From: Planctomycetota bacterium
GTDB taxonomy: Bacteria > Planctomycetota > B15-G4
Length of the DNA stretch: 64,000 bases
NCBI GenBank assembly: GCA_965248575.1
Contig: CBDFJQ010000002.1
Coordinates: 4,288,001 to 4,352,000 of the forward strand
Direction: 5' to 3'
Positions 18,571-28,169 of the stretch are shown here, in pieces. The position numbers were made by a program, and so were the translations under genes. The notes below the pieces were generated by a model. It had not been told where the DNA came from, made no database searches, and was given only the letters and a program-made list of their open reading frames with translations. Position 1 is the first letter of the stretch. Each line of letters begins with the position of its first letter.

Positions 18571-19212
18571 CTACTGTTCCCGCTTCGCTACCTCGATCCG
18601 AATGAACTCAGGCAGGTAGGACGGCGTGCAGTTCTTCGCGACAGGGTCAGCCTTGTAGAGGCCGACCTTCTTGCCGAGCTGGATGCAGCGAGATCGGTAC
18701 GACCGCTGGTGGATGCCGATCCAACCGGCGCAGAAGTTCATGGCCCACTGCACATCGGGGTGGGCGGTTGCCAGCTCCCGCTCCAGCTTCTCGATCAGCT
18801 CGACCGTGTTGTCCGGGGGCGCCTGCCCCGTCCACCTCAAGCGCGCCTGGTGGTACCAGTAGAGGCGACGGAGAACGGGCGAATCGCTTTGCTCCCAGCT
18901 TTCCAGCAGCGCGACCGTCTTCTTGCCCTTCATCAGCTGGTTGGCCAGCAGCCAGTCGGAAAGCTGGTTCCGCTCCGCCTCGTCATGCTTGAGCATGTCG
19001 GCGGCGAGCGCATCGAGCAGGTCCTGGGTCAGCAGCGCCTTGTCGAGGATCAGGGTTGAGAGCAGGCGTGGGTGGAAGTTGCCTGTTGCCCAGAGCTCCA
19101 TGGCGAGCTTGTGGTCCTTCTTGATCGCCTTTCCGCGCTTCTTGATGTCGCCGAGTTTGGTGCCTTCAGCGTTGAGTTCGGAGGCGATCGTCTTGGCTGC
19201 TGCGGAAACCAT
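18571..19212 (-). CDS. DNA alkylation repair protein (AlkD-like HEAT-repeat family)
   Basis: KLGDIKK..K.IKKDH.LA.ELW.TG; VQWAMNFCAGWIGI; R.RCI.LG...GLYK......CT..Y.PEFI. Confidence 0.88.
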   Translation of the reverse strand: MVSAAAKTIASELNAEGTKLGDIKKRGKAIKKDHKLAMELWATGNFHPRLLSTLILDKALLTQDLLDALAADMLKHDEAERNQLSDWLLANQLMKGKKTVALLESWEQSDSPVLRRLYWYHQARLRWTGQAPPDNTVELIEKLERELATAHPDVQWAMNFCAGWIGIHQRSYRSRCIQLGKKVGLYKADPVAKNCTPSYLPEFIRIEVAKREQ

Positions 19213-19246
19213 CTCTCTTTCCTGGGTCAGGGTCGACAGTCAGTTG

Positions 19247-19309
19247 GTCTGACGGCTCGGCAATCAGTGGCGACTCGAAGGGTCGTCCGTCTGCATCGGC
19301 TTGTTAGGA
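19247..19309 (-). mobile_element. attC site (R' box degenerate: GTCAGAC)
   Basis: Minus strand TCCTAAC-AAGCC-GATGCAGA-CGGACGACCCTTCGAGTCGCC-ACTGATT-GCCGAGCC-GTCAGAC; the upstream ORF reads into it (PNKPMQTD). Confidence 0.8.
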
Positions 19310-19779
19310 CGATTCGGTGGCATCACTTGTTCATCGATCATCCCATAAATCGTAGTAGTCTCGAGTTCCCCGGCGCCTAGCTGGAGGACCTTTCTGGCGT
19401 CAGACGTGCGGCGTGCGAACACATCCATCTTAATCAGTCCTTGCTCCAGCTCCATTATCGCCTGATCGAGTAGATGAAAGGCGGCGAAGTACCTCTCCGC
19501 CTTCTGAAGCGGTCCAAGCAGCGTGATCAAGCTGCCGCAAATGGTGGCCAAGACTCCAAGCAACCACGCATTTGGCCGAAGCATGACAAGAGGAACAAGG
19601 CCATCTATTGGATCAGCCCCTCCCGGGACGTTAAGAGCTGTAAGCAACGCGGCACTGAGAATGCCTAGAAAGCCGATCGAATAATGTGCCCCCCACCACA
19701 TTCGGTAAAGGTTTTTAGATCTCAGGCGAAGAGATTTCGCGTTCCGGGGAACGTTCTTGGACCTCTCTGGAACAATCAT
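19264..19779 (-). CDS. Gene cassette: 2-TM SLATT-like membrane protein
   Basis: W...HYSIG-TM1, TM2 ending L.P..KAERY..AF..LD.A helix; more AT-rich than its neighbours; start ATG 19779 after GGGAG. Confidence 0.65.
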   Translation of the reverse strand: MIVPERSKNVPRNAKSLRLRSKNLYRMWWGAHYSIGFLGILSAALLTALNVPGGADPIDGLVPLVMLRPNAWLLGVLATICGSLITLLGPLQKAERYFAAFHLLDQAIMELEQGLIKMDVFARRTSDARKVLQLGAGELETTTIYGMIDEQVMPPNRPNKPMQTDDPSSRH

Positions 19780-19803
19780 TGCATTCTCCCTGCTTGCCTG
19801 TCC

Positions 19804-19839
19804 GCCTAACTGCAATTAGACGGCGTATCTGCGTCTAAC
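19804..19839 (-). mobile_element. attI-like primary recombination site (copy 2)
   Basis: Minus strand GTTAGAC-GCAGATACGCC-GTCTAA-TTGCA-GTTAGGC: core site, inverse site 5 bp away, and an upstream direct-repeat GTTAGAC. Confidence 0.75.
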
Positions 19840-19968
19840 AATTGCGAAGCGTCCACGAAACCCTGCACCAGCGCGCCGCCGGCGTAATTGTCTTTCCCCG
19901 TTTGGCTATGCGCGCCATCTCCGTGAGGATGCGGGTGCTTGCCGCATTCCTCCCCACATGACGGTTCG

Positions 19969-19997
19969 AGCGTATCTCGTTTGGGCAGGTCCGTCTA
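19969..19997 (-). promoter_or_regulatory. Putative cassette promoter Pc (copy 2)
   Basis: TAGACG-N17-TACGCT, homologous to 10855-10883. Confidence 0.6.
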
Positions 19998-20144
19998 TTG
20001 CTGCATCGTGGGGGCCGGAATGCCAATTTGGTCTCGACGAACGGCGTGGGGGGCCACCTGGCTGCGGATGCCACTTTGTGGACTAGGCGGAGCCGTCCAA
20101 TCGCACCTGTACGTTCGATTCACGGACCCATGTCACTGGCTCCT

Positions 20145-20852
20145 TCAGTGCTCAAGCGCATCCAACCGTTGCTTCAGCGACGCCACCTCGGCTTCCAGCT
20201 CCCGCACGCGCTCTTCCAACTCATCAATCACAGGGTTCGCTGGCGCTGCGCTCACGGTGACGCTTGCCACCGGTGCTTCGCGCACCTCCCGCGCCACCGG
20301 CTCCTCTACCCCAACGCCGGCGGGCTCCAAACCCGCACCGCCACCTCCAGCACCACCCCCACTGCCCAAACAATGCCCCACGCGCCCAGCCCGTGACCCC
20401 GCCACGGGCGCAACAGCCTCCACCAACCCCCGCGCCTGCAACCGCCCCAGAATCACACCCAACTCCGGCAGCGACGCAACCGGCGCCATGCGCTTGATAC
20501 GCCCGCGCAACTCGCCGTGCGTCTGCGGCCCACGCAACATGAGTTCAGCCAGAATCCCCAGCTCCTGATCGTCGACCTCCAGCACCTCCTTGGCCGTGTG
20601 GGCGTACTTCACCACCCGCGCGCCCGCCGTGTGCATCTCGTTCACGATGCGGTGCAGGCGTAGACGCAGCAGAGCCTCGTTCACCGTCTGCTCGGTGTAG
20701 AACTCCACCGGGAAGCGGTTCGACTTCTGGTTGCAGCCGTTCACCAAGGCATTGATCGAGAGCGGGTAACCCTCGGGCGTGGTGAAGGCCTTCTCGATGA
20801 GCACACCAATGATGCGGGCTTCGATGGGGTCGAGTGGTTCGCTGAGTGACAT
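20145..20852 (-). CDS. yceH: DUF480/YceH family protein
   Basis: EARIIGVLIEKAFTTPEGYPLSINALVNGCNQKSNR...LMLRGPQTHGELRGR, with C-terminal coiled coil. Confidence 0.92.
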   Translation of the reverse strand: MSLSEPLDPIEARIIGVLIEKAFTTPEGYPLSINALVNGCNQKSNRFPVEFYTEQTVNEALLRLRLHRIVNEMHTAGARVVKYAHTAKEVLEVDDQELGILAELMLRGPQTHGELRGRIKRMAPVASLPELGVILGRLQARGLVEAVAPVAGSRAGRVGHCLGSGGGAGGGGAGLEPAGVGVEEPVAREVREAPVASVTVSAAPANPVIDELEERVRELEAEVASLKQRLDALEH

Positions 20853-20925
20853 GGGCGCTGGCTTGTTTCGGGCTGAGTGGGGGTGGGCGGCTGGCTGTTC
20901 GAGTGGCAAGCGAAGCGGTGGGGGC

Positions 20926-21711
20926 TCAGGACGACGGAGGGGCGCCGGGGCTTCCAGCGGCTCCTTCAATCAACTCCACGAGCAGAGACGCCAGCACATC
21001 AAAGGTCGCTTCACCTTCAGCAGCACTCGCCTCGGCCGGCTTGCCGAAGTAGGCCTGGGTCCCGCCGGCCTCCAGGAAGTTCTTCTGCCCGGCTTGGATC
21101 ACGTCCACCAGGCTGATGTCCACCTCGGGTAACGCCTCGCGGATGGCGTCGTTGACCGAGCTGGGGTCATCCGCCATGACCAGCGAGGATTCGTAGCTGC
21201 CGGCGTGACACGCGCCGCTCTGGAACTCGGGGGTGAGGCGCTCGGCGTTGCGGCGGCGGGTCACGTCCGGGAAGAGCACCTCCACGCCCGTGGCCTGCTT
21301 CACCTGGGCCAGGGCATCCTTGATGGAGACTAGGTGGTCGGGCTCCAGGTGGCCGTTGGCCACGGCGACGGGCGAGAAGCCTGCCTGCACGGCCCCGCGC
21401 AGGATCTCGGCCAGGTGGGCGCTGGCGGTGCCGGCGCTGAGGCTCAGGGCTCCTGCGAAACCTGCGGCAAACTCCGTCACGGCGTAGGCCACCGCGGGCA
21501 GCACCACGCAGGGCGTGCCGGCTGCCTCCAGCCTCGCCGCCGCCCGCAGGGCCATGCCCCGGGCGATGGTCACATCGGTGTCCAGGGGCAGATGGGGGCC
21601 GTGGGGCTCCGTGGACCCCACCGGTAGGATGGCCGCGCAGCCGGCCTCGATGCGCGCCTGCACCTGTGGCCAGGAGAGCTTGGCCAGCTCTAGGGGGTCT
21701 GACGGGCTCAT
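20926..21711 (-). CDS. Creatininase family amidohydrolase
   Basis: LPVGSTEPHGPHLPLDTD, NGH, HAGSYESS metal-binding motifs. Confidence 0.92.
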   Translation of the reverse strand: MSPSDPLELAKLSWPQVQARIEAGCAAILPVGSTEPHGPHLPLDTDVTIARGMALRAAARLEAAGTPCVVLPAVAYAVTEFAAGFAGALSLSAGTASAHLAEILRGAVQAGFSPVAVANGHLEPDHLVSIKDALAQVKQATGVEVLFPDVTRRRNAERLTPEFQSGACHAGSYESSLVMADDPSSVNDAIREALPEVDISLVDVIQAGQKNFLEAGGTQAYFGKPAEASAAEGEATFDVLASLLVELIEGAAGSPGAPPSS

Positions 21712-21841
21712 GGCAGATTCGACCTCCGGGGGGGCTTTGCCTCTCGTGGGCCGGCATCATAGCCAGCTCGGGAAGAGACTCGTGCTGCGGGGCGTCTCAG
21801 TTCGGTTCCCGAGGCGTGTGGCGCCGTGTGGTGCCCAAGGC

Positions 21842-21877
21842 GCCCCAGGAGCCCCAGCAGCCCCAGCAGCCCCAGCC
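21842..21877. repeat. 9-bp tandem repeat GCCCCAG(C/G)A x4
   Basis: gccccagga gccccagca gccccagca gccccagcc, between divergent genes. Confidence 0.85.
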
Positions 21878-21972
21878 TTTTGGCCCAGTCTTGAGACTGG
21901 AGCGGGACGTCGGGATACTCGGCCCCCTGCCGCCATGCGGCCGCAACCCCAACCCAAGCGGTGCCCTTCACG

Positions 21973-22692
21973 ATGATGCGACCCACCTCGACCCGCCCGG
22001 CGATCTTTGCGCAACCGGCGACGCTGGCGCTCCTGGCCGTGCTCCTGCTTCTTGCACCTGGCTGCGCTGTCGCCCGCTACGCCGGCAACCGCATCATGGA
22101 CCTGACGGACATCATCGACTTCAAGTACGGCGTGGCCATCGGTGCCGGCGCCAAGGTCGAGATCACCCAGTTCGTCGGGGCAGGCGGCGGCGCAGCGGCC
22201 CTGGGCTACAGCCGCGAGTGGTATGGGCGTCGGTCGATGGAGCGCAAGGGCTTCGCCTTCGTGCACCTGGGTGGCATCGGCGTGGACGGCGGCTACGGCA
22301 GCATGAACCTGGGCGGCTGGTCCGACGAGCGCGCCGAGATCTATCTTCTGCTCGTGAACGGCTCGGCCCTGGCGGACTTCGGTATCGCCCCGGGCGGCGA
22401 CGCCATCATCGACACCTTCAACAGCCAGGCACCCATCAGGTTGGGGACCGAGATCTCAGAGATCGAGCCGCCCACCCGCTTCGAGCCCCTGCACCCCCTC
22501 GACTACTGGCGCTTCGGCGTCGAGGCCATCGTGCCCATCGGCGTGCACTTCGGCATCTACTTCAACTTCGGCCAGCTGATCGACTTCGTGGTTGGCCTGA
22601 CCACCTACGACCCCACCGGCGACGACGGCCTGAGCTTCTTCGACACCTACAACATCCCGCCCGAAGAGGCTGAAGACGAGTCGGTGCGGTAA
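21973..22692 (+). CDS. Hypothetical lipoprotein (beta-strand rich)
   Basis: Lipobox LAPGC; Y.GNR..DL.DI and NFGQLIDFVVG....DP..DD motifs. Confidence 0.8.
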   Translation: MMRPTSTRPAIFAQPATLALLAVLLLLAPGCAVARYAGNRIMDLTDIIDFKYGVAIGAGAKVEITQFVGAGGGAAALGYSREWYGRRSMERKGFAFVHLGGIGVDGGYGSMNLGGWSDERAEIYLLLVNGSALADFGIAPGGDAIIDTFNSQAPIRLGTEISEIEPPTRFEPLHPLDYWRFGVEAIVPIGVHFGIYFNFGQLIDFVVGLTTYDPTGDDGLSFFDTYNIPPEEAEDESVR

Positions 22693-22738
22693 GGAGCAGG
22701 GCCCGCTCGGCCGCTGACTCGCTCGCCGTTGCGGCCTG

Positions 22739-24307
22739 CTACACCGCCCGCTGACTCAACGCGCGGCGGTCCACCTTCCCGCGGTCGTTCTTGGGCAGGT
22801 CGTCCAGGAAGGTGACCACCCGCGGGTACTTGTGCGGCGCCAGCTTCACGCGCACGTACTCCTGCAGCTCGGCGGCCAGGCTTTCGTGGGGCTCGTCCCC
22901 GGCGGCCACCACGAAGGCCCGGGGTTTGATCAGGTCCTCGGCGTCCTTCCAGCCGATCACCGCTGCTTGCTCCACACCGTTGTGGGTCAGCAGGCACTCC
23001 TCCACTTCGTGCGGCGCGACGAACTTGCCGCCCACCTTGAGCAGCTCGTCGGCGCGGCCCTCGTAGTAGAAATAGCCGTCGTCGTCCATCCGGAAGAGGT
23101 CGCCGGTGATGACCAGGTCGCCGCGGAAGGTTTCCTTGCTGGCCTCGTGGGCCTGCCAGTAGCAGAGAGCGGCGCTTTCGCCGCGCACGTGCAGGCGGCC
23201 CGTTTCGCCGCTGGCCAACTCGAAGCCGGTCTCGTCGACGACACGGCAGTCGTAGCCGGGCACCGCCTGGCCCAGGCTGCCGGGGCGCACCTTGCCGGGA
23301 CGGTTGCTGATGTAGATGTGGAACAACTCGGCGCTGCCGATGCCGTCCAGGATCTCGACGCCGGTGCGATCGATCCACTGGCGTTGCAGGGCTTCGGGCA
23401 GCTTCTCACCCGCTGAGAGCACGAGCCGCAGGCTGCTCAGGTCGAGGCGGCTGCCGCGTTGCTCGCTGGCCAGCATCTTGCCGATCATGGTGGGCACGCT
23501 GGTGAGGATGGTGGGGCGGTGGCGCTCCACCAGCTCGCAAATGCTCTCGGGGGTGGAGCGCTCGCTGAAGAGCACCGTCGTGGCGCCCACCGCGAAGGGG
23601 AACATGAGGTTCGTGCCGGTGGCGTAGCCGAAGAAGAGCTTGGGCACGCCCGCCGTCACATCGTCCTCGCGAATGCCCAACACGCCCTTGGCATACTGCT
23701 CGATGTTGTAGGCGAAGTCTTCGTGCAGGTGCACCGCGGCTTTGGGGCGGCCGGTGCTGCCGCTCGTGAACAGCCAGCCCGCGATGTCGTGCTTGTGGGT
23801 GTCGGCGCGGCCGGCTCCGGGCGGCGACTCCTCGATCAGGTCGGCCATGGCGAACTGGTGCGCACACTCCAGGCTCGGGCGATCGCTGGTGCTCTCGCCA
23901 CCCGCAACGACGACGGCCATGAGATGCGGGCTGCGTTCTTTGAGCCGCGCGAACATCGGTACCAGCTCGGCGTCGATGACCGCGATGCGCGCCCGGGTGT
24001 AGTCCAGGTAGTCGGCGTAGGCCTCCTCCTTGAGCAGCGGGTTGACCATGGCGAAGACGCCGCCCGCCTCGAGCGTGGCGAACCAGGCGTGGCTGAACTC
24101 CGGCCGGTCCGAGAGGGCCAACAGCACCCGCTCTTCCTGGCGCAGGCCCAGGTCCACGAAGGCGCTGGCCAGCCTGCTGCTCGCATCGGCCAGCTGGGCA
24201 TAGGTGAACGCCTCCTCGCGCCAACGCAAGGCCACCTTCTCACCGCGCCCCGCGTCGATGTTGTGGTGCAACAGATAGTCGGCAAGGTTGAAGTGGTCGG
24301 GGAACAT
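22739..24307 (-). CDS. Benzoate-CoA ligase family (aryl-CoA ligase)
   Basis: FTSGSTGRPKAAVH, KLFFGYATG, ILDGIGSAELFHIYISN, TGD, GRADELLKVGG, LPKN..GK; start ATG 24307. Confidence 0.92.
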   Translation of the reverse strand: MFPDHFNLADYLLHHNIDAGRGEKVALRWREEAFTYAQLADASSRLASAFVDLGLRQEERVLLALSDRPEFSHAWFATLEAGGVFAMVNPLLKEEAYADYLDYTRARIAVIDAELVPMFARLKERSPHLMAVVVAGGESTSDRPSLECAHQFAMADLIEESPPGAGRADTHKHDIAGWLFTSGSTGRPKAAVHLHEDFAYNIEQYAKGVLGIREDDVTAGVPKLFFGYATGTNLMFPFAVGATTVLFSERSTPESICELVERHRPTILTSVPTMIGKMLASEQRGSRLDLSSLRLVLSAGEKLPEALQRQWIDRTGVEILDGIGSAELFHIYISNRPGKVRPGSLGQAVPGYDCRVVDETGFELASGETGRLHVRGESAALCYWQAHEASKETFRGDLVITGDLFRMDDDGYFYYEGRADELLKVGGKFVAPHEVEECLLTHNGVEQAAVIGWKDAEDLIKPRAFVVAAGDEPHESLAAELQEYVRVKLAPHKYPRVVTFLDDLPKNDRGKVDRRALSQRAV

Positions 24308-24622
24308 CGTCGTGTCCGCGGGGGCTGTTCGAAGTGGGGCAGAGCGTAGCGCGGCTCCCGGAATCGGGCGAGGGGGCGCGGGGTGTGTGCCTGGGAGCTC
24401 CGGGAGGTGCGGCGCTCGGATTGGGTGTTCCGGGCTGAGGGCGAGTCTCAACCGCAAGCGATGGTTGGTTTGAACGGCTTCGCGCGGGTGCCCGTCTCGG
24501 GGTCGGGCCGGCGTTCGGCCTGGGGTTCGGCGGGCGATGAACCGGGATTTGGTGGGCGCGATGGGATCAAGAAAAGGACGGGGAGTTTCGATGGGTGCCT
24601 TTCACCACTGCGGATTTCAGCC

Positions 24623-25591
24623 ATGAAGTGCATCGAAAGCGGGCGCTCCAGCCCACAGCGCCGTTCACTCGCCCAGACCCTCTGCTGGGCCCTTTGCGCC
24701 AGCTTCTTGCTGGGCGGTGCAGGGACGGCGACGGCCCAGAGTGTCGGCGAACTCGACGCCCTCAACGCCAAGAAGTCTGCCCAGGCGGCCTCGTCGCTGG
24801 CCAAGAGTGAGAAGAAGGAAGCCAAGCTCTCGGCCAAGATTGCGCTGCAACAGACCCAGCTCGCCGGACTCCAAGCCAGTCTGGCGGCGGCGCAGGCAGC
24901 GGCCCCCGCCCTGGCGGCCACCCTCGCGGCGGCCATGCTCGACCTGTCCGCAGCACAGGACCTGCCCGCAGTCACGCCCGAGCAGAAGGGTGCTCGCAAG
25001 TCGGCCATCAAGCTGGCGAAGAAGGCCTTCGCCCAGGCCCAGAAGGCGGTCAAGAAGAACGCCTCGGCCACGACCAAGCTGCAGAAGAAGGGCGCCAAGC
25101 TCATTGGCAAGATGGCGAAGGTGCAGGGCAAGCTGGACACTCTCGCGGCGGTCATCGCCGGCCTGCAGAACGACCTCGACAAGTTGGAGGGCGACTTCGG
25201 CTTCGTCGCCCTGGACCAACTGGGCGCCCAAGTGACGGTGCTGGATGGCGACGGACTGCCCGTGCCCTTCGCGCACATCACCATCAGTGACTCGCTGGAG
25301 TTGCCGCGCAACAAGAAGGGCGTGATCCTGCCCTTCGTGTTGGAAGACATCGTGACCCCAGCGGTCTACGCCCAGGGCTTTACCGATGCGTTGGGGGTGT
25401 TCCAGCTCCCCGTGCACCTGCCGCCGCACCGCTCGAGCTTCGACGTGATCGTGGACAAGAGCGGACTGAGTGGCACCTACACCGAAGAGACCCTGCGCAG
25501 CGAGTGGGGTGTGTTCGCACCCTCCGCGCGCATCACTGTCGGCACCTTCGGGCTCGCGTCCGTGAGTGTGTCGCTGCAGGAGATGAACTGA
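24623..25591 (+). CDS. Secreted Lys/Ala-rich coiled-coil protein with C-terminal beta domain
   Basis: Signal peptide ...ATA-Q; long K/A-rich helix; 1 bp gap to the next gene. Confidence 0.8.
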   Translation: MKCIESGRSSPQRRSLAQTLCWALCASFLLGGAGTATAQSVGELDALNAKKSAQAASSLAKSEKKEAKLSAKIALQQTQLAGLQASLAAAQAAAPALAATLAAAMLDLSAAQDLPAVTPEQKGARKSAIKLAKKAFAQAQKAVKKNASATTKLQKKGAKLIGKMAKVQGKLDTLAAVIAGLQNDLDKLEGDFGFVALDQLGAQVTVLDGDGLPVPFAHITISDSLELPRNKKGVILPFVLEDIVTPAVYAQGFTDALGVFQLPVHLPPHRSSFDVIVDKSGLSGTYTEETLRSEWGVFAPSARITVGTFGLASVSVSLQEMN

Positions 25592-25592
25592 T

Positions 25593-27323
25593 ATGAAGCC
25601 TGCACGCGCTGCGCGTCTGCTCGCCCTGGCCTCTGTGTTCCAGGTGCTGTGCCTGGCCCCGGCCACGGCCCAGATCGGCGAGACGGACTTTGTCGACGGC
25701 AACAGCTTCATCCCGGAATCGGTGCTGCTGGAGATCGGCGACCTACTGCCCGAGCGAGCCAACACCGGCTCGGCCTATCTCTCCGAAGCCCACGCCCCCG
25801 ACCTGCTCATCACCGAGGACACCACCCTCACGGTGCACTTCGTGTGGGAGGGCTCCGGCTACAAGAACAGCCTGGGCTACTTCACCTACACCACCGATCC
25901 GCTGACCATCGTGGACCGGCAGTTGATCTTCCCCAACGCCTCCTTGAACGGGAAAGGCGGCCTGCTCGAGGTGGGTGACAACTCCGTGCTGCGAGACAGC
26001 TCGGGCGTGCCGCGCACCTTCCATGCCGGCGAGCGGGTGGGCTTCTTCCTGGTGGCCAAGAGCTGGCCCAAGGACTCGGCCATCGCCAACTGGGACGCGC
26101 TGACCGCCACCCTGCCTTCTCTCGACCCCGCCACCAATGAGGCGAGTTCGAAGGGCAAGGGGACGTTTACGTCCGTCGACTTGCTGAACCCGGAGAACGC
26201 GGGGAACCGGCCGGACATCTCGCGCCACGTGGCCATGATTGCCCAGCCGGGCGGCGACGGTTTCCTGGGCGACGAGCCCTACGTGGTGGTGGGCATCGAG
26301 GACCAGGACCGCCGCAACGGCGACATCGACTTCAACGACGTCGTCTTCCTGCTCAACGCCTCTGCATCGGGAGCGGTCGACACCGGCACCACCTACGAGC
26401 CGGGTCCGCCGGACGATGACTCCGATGGTGTGACCGGTACGGACGACCACTACCCCAACGATGCCGAACGCGCCCACGTTTCCGTCTCCCCAGCCTTTGG
26501 CTGGAGCGCCCTGGGTCTCGAAGACCTCTACCCGCAACTGGGTGACGGTGACTACAACGACACCGTGCTGGCCTACCGCTTCGACACCGTGAAGAATGCC
26601 CAGGGTTTCGTGAAGGAGATCCTCGGCACCTTCCATCTGCTGGCGCGTGGGGCGAGTCTCGACCATCGTCTCGGCATCCACTTTCCTGGCCTGCCAAGCG
26701 ATGCGACGGGCACCATCCAGGTGGAGCGCTTCCTGAGCGACGACGACGAGACCCATGTGGTCGAGCCGGTGACGCCGATGGAAGACCTGATCAACCTCGA
26801 GTCACGCCGCCTCGAAACGGTGCTGCCGCACTCGAGCCTGGCCATGCCGAATGTGCCTGGCAAGTTCGTGGTGAACACGGACCCCTTGGGGACCATCGAC
26901 CGCATGGGGGCCTCGAGCCGTTTCCTCATGACCTTCGACACGGCCATCGACCCGGCCCTGCTGGGGCAGGCGCCCTACGACATCTACTGGCTGGTGAACG
27001 ACGGCTTCGACTGGGTCGACATCCACCTCGCCGGCCAGGATGCCTTCGACGACCACCCGGAGGGCTACCCCGACGAGACGGGGCCCACGGCCTTCCTGGA
27101 CGCCGCGGGCTACCCCTGGCTGCTGGACGTGCCTTATGCCTGGCAGTTCCCGCTGGAGTCGATCTCCGTCTTCGATGCCTTCCCGCACTTCAAGGGCTGG
27201 GCGGCTTCCCACGGCACCTCCCAATCCGACTGGTACGAAACCCCCGTGAACGCCGACACCGGCCACCCCACGGAGGCCTACTTGGTGAGCCGCGACTGGT
27301 CGGTGAAGTTGCCAACGCCGTAG
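25593..27323 (+). CDS. Secreted LruC-domain protein (DUF4114 plus LruC/DUF4842)
   Basis: EGSGYKNSLGYFTY, GIEDQDR...DIDFNDVVF, D.DGV....D.YPND, EDLYPQLGDGDYND, YPW.L.VP..WQFPLE...W..S.G....DWY. Confidence 0.85.
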   Translation: MKPARAARLLALASVFQVLCLAPATAQIGETDFVDGNSFIPESVLLEIGDLLPERANTGSAYLSEAHAPDLLITEDTTLTVHFVWEGSGYKNSLGYFTYTTDPLTIVDRQLIFPNASLNGKGGLLEVGDNSVLRDSSGVPRTFHAGERVGFFLVAKSWPKDSAIANWDALTATLPSLDPATNEASSKGKGTFTSVDLLNPENAGNRPDISRHVAMIAQPGGDGFLGDEPYVVVGIEDQDRRNGDIDFNDVVFLLNASASGAVDTGTTYEPGPPDDDSDGVTGTDDHYPNDAERAHVSVSPAFGWSALGLEDLYPQLGDGDYNDTVLAYRFDTVKNAQGFVKEILGTFHLLARGASLDHRLGIHFPGLPSDATGTIQVERFLSDDDETHVVEPVTPMEDLINLESRRLETVLPHSSLAMPNVPGKFVVNTDPLGTIDRMGASSRFLMTFDTAIDPALLGQAPYDIYWLVNDGFDWVDIHLAGQDAFDDHPEGYPDETGPTAFLDAAGYPWLLDVPYAWQFPLESISVFDAFPHFKGWAASHGTSQSDWYETPVNADTGHPTEAYLVSRDWSVKLPTP

Positions 27324-27456
27324 GGGTCGGTGGGGACGGATTCAGCAGACGTCTCGAGACGTCGCACACCTGACGCGGGTCGGGTCGAGAACGTGTTCCG
27401 TGCGTGATACAACGCTCGGAATCTTCTCGTCCCCACGACCCCCTGCGGATAGTGCC

Positions 27457-28068
27457 ATGTTGCGTCGCGCCTGTTCTTCCTTGCTCGTTCTTGCTGCCGT
27501 CTTTGTCCTCGCTCCCACGAGCTCTGCCCAAGCCCTGGACAATCTGTGGTTCAAGGTCACGGCCTCGGTGAAGGGTGGTGCCGCCCTGGGTGGCAACGTC
27601 GATAACATCAAAGGCAAGGTGGTGGCCTACGTCTTCGTCACCGCCGATAAGGACATGCTCGCGGAGGGGGGCGGCGTCGCCACGACGCCCTACGACGCCA
27701 CGGTCATCAGCGAAGTGGAGCCGGACAACTGGCAGCTGGTGGACGCCTTCAGCTTTCTGACGGTGGGCAACGACGAACGCGTCATGGTGGGGCCGAGCCT
27801 CGGCGGCGCCGACGACGGAATCTCCATGGTCATGGAGCTCACCAGTGACCCCGTGCCCACCGAGGGCTCTCCGACCGAGTTCGTCCGGGTGGTCTTCACC
27901 GCCAAGACCAAGATCAAGACCGACAAGGAAGGCGCAGTGAAGAAGGCCAGCTTCAAGAGCCTGGGCGGCGTGGTGCCTAACGGCATCTCCGAGGGCGAAA
28001 CCCTCTTCGGTGGCGCCAAGCTCACCGGCAAGAGCGTGGACCCGTCCAAGCTGCCCTTCGATCTCTAG
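27457..28068 (+). CDS. Secreted hypothetical protein; paralog of 6723..7391
   Basis: Signal peptide; WFKV, KTDKEG.VKKASFKSLGG, GK.V...KLPFD. Confidence 0.85.
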   Translation: MLRRACSSLLVLAAVFVLAPTSSAQALDNLWFKVTASVKGGAALGGNVDNIKGKVVAYVFVTADKDMLAEGGGVATTPYDATVISEVEPDNWQLVDAFSFLTVGNDERVMVGPSLGGADDGISMVMELTSDPVPTEGSPTEFVRVVFTAKTKIKTDKEGAVKKASFKSLGGVVPNGISEGETLFGGAKLTGKSVDPSKLPFDL

Positions 28069-28118
28069 GCTCGTTGAACTCAGGCCCCGGCGGCCTCTGG
28101 CCCCGGCGCGGCGGGCAC

Positions 28119-28142
28119 GGGCCCCGACTGCGGTCGGGGCCC
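28119..28142. terminator. GC-rich hairpin between convergent genes
   Basis: GGGCCCCGAC-TGCG-GTCGGGGCCC perfect 10-bp stem; no U-tract. Confidence 0.5.
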
Positions 28143-28169
28143 GGCTTGCCGCTCATCCCGCCAGCTGAC

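Noticed and set aside
21842..21877. Tandem repeat as CRISPR or iteron
   Set aside because: 9-bp units without spacers; no cas or rep genes.
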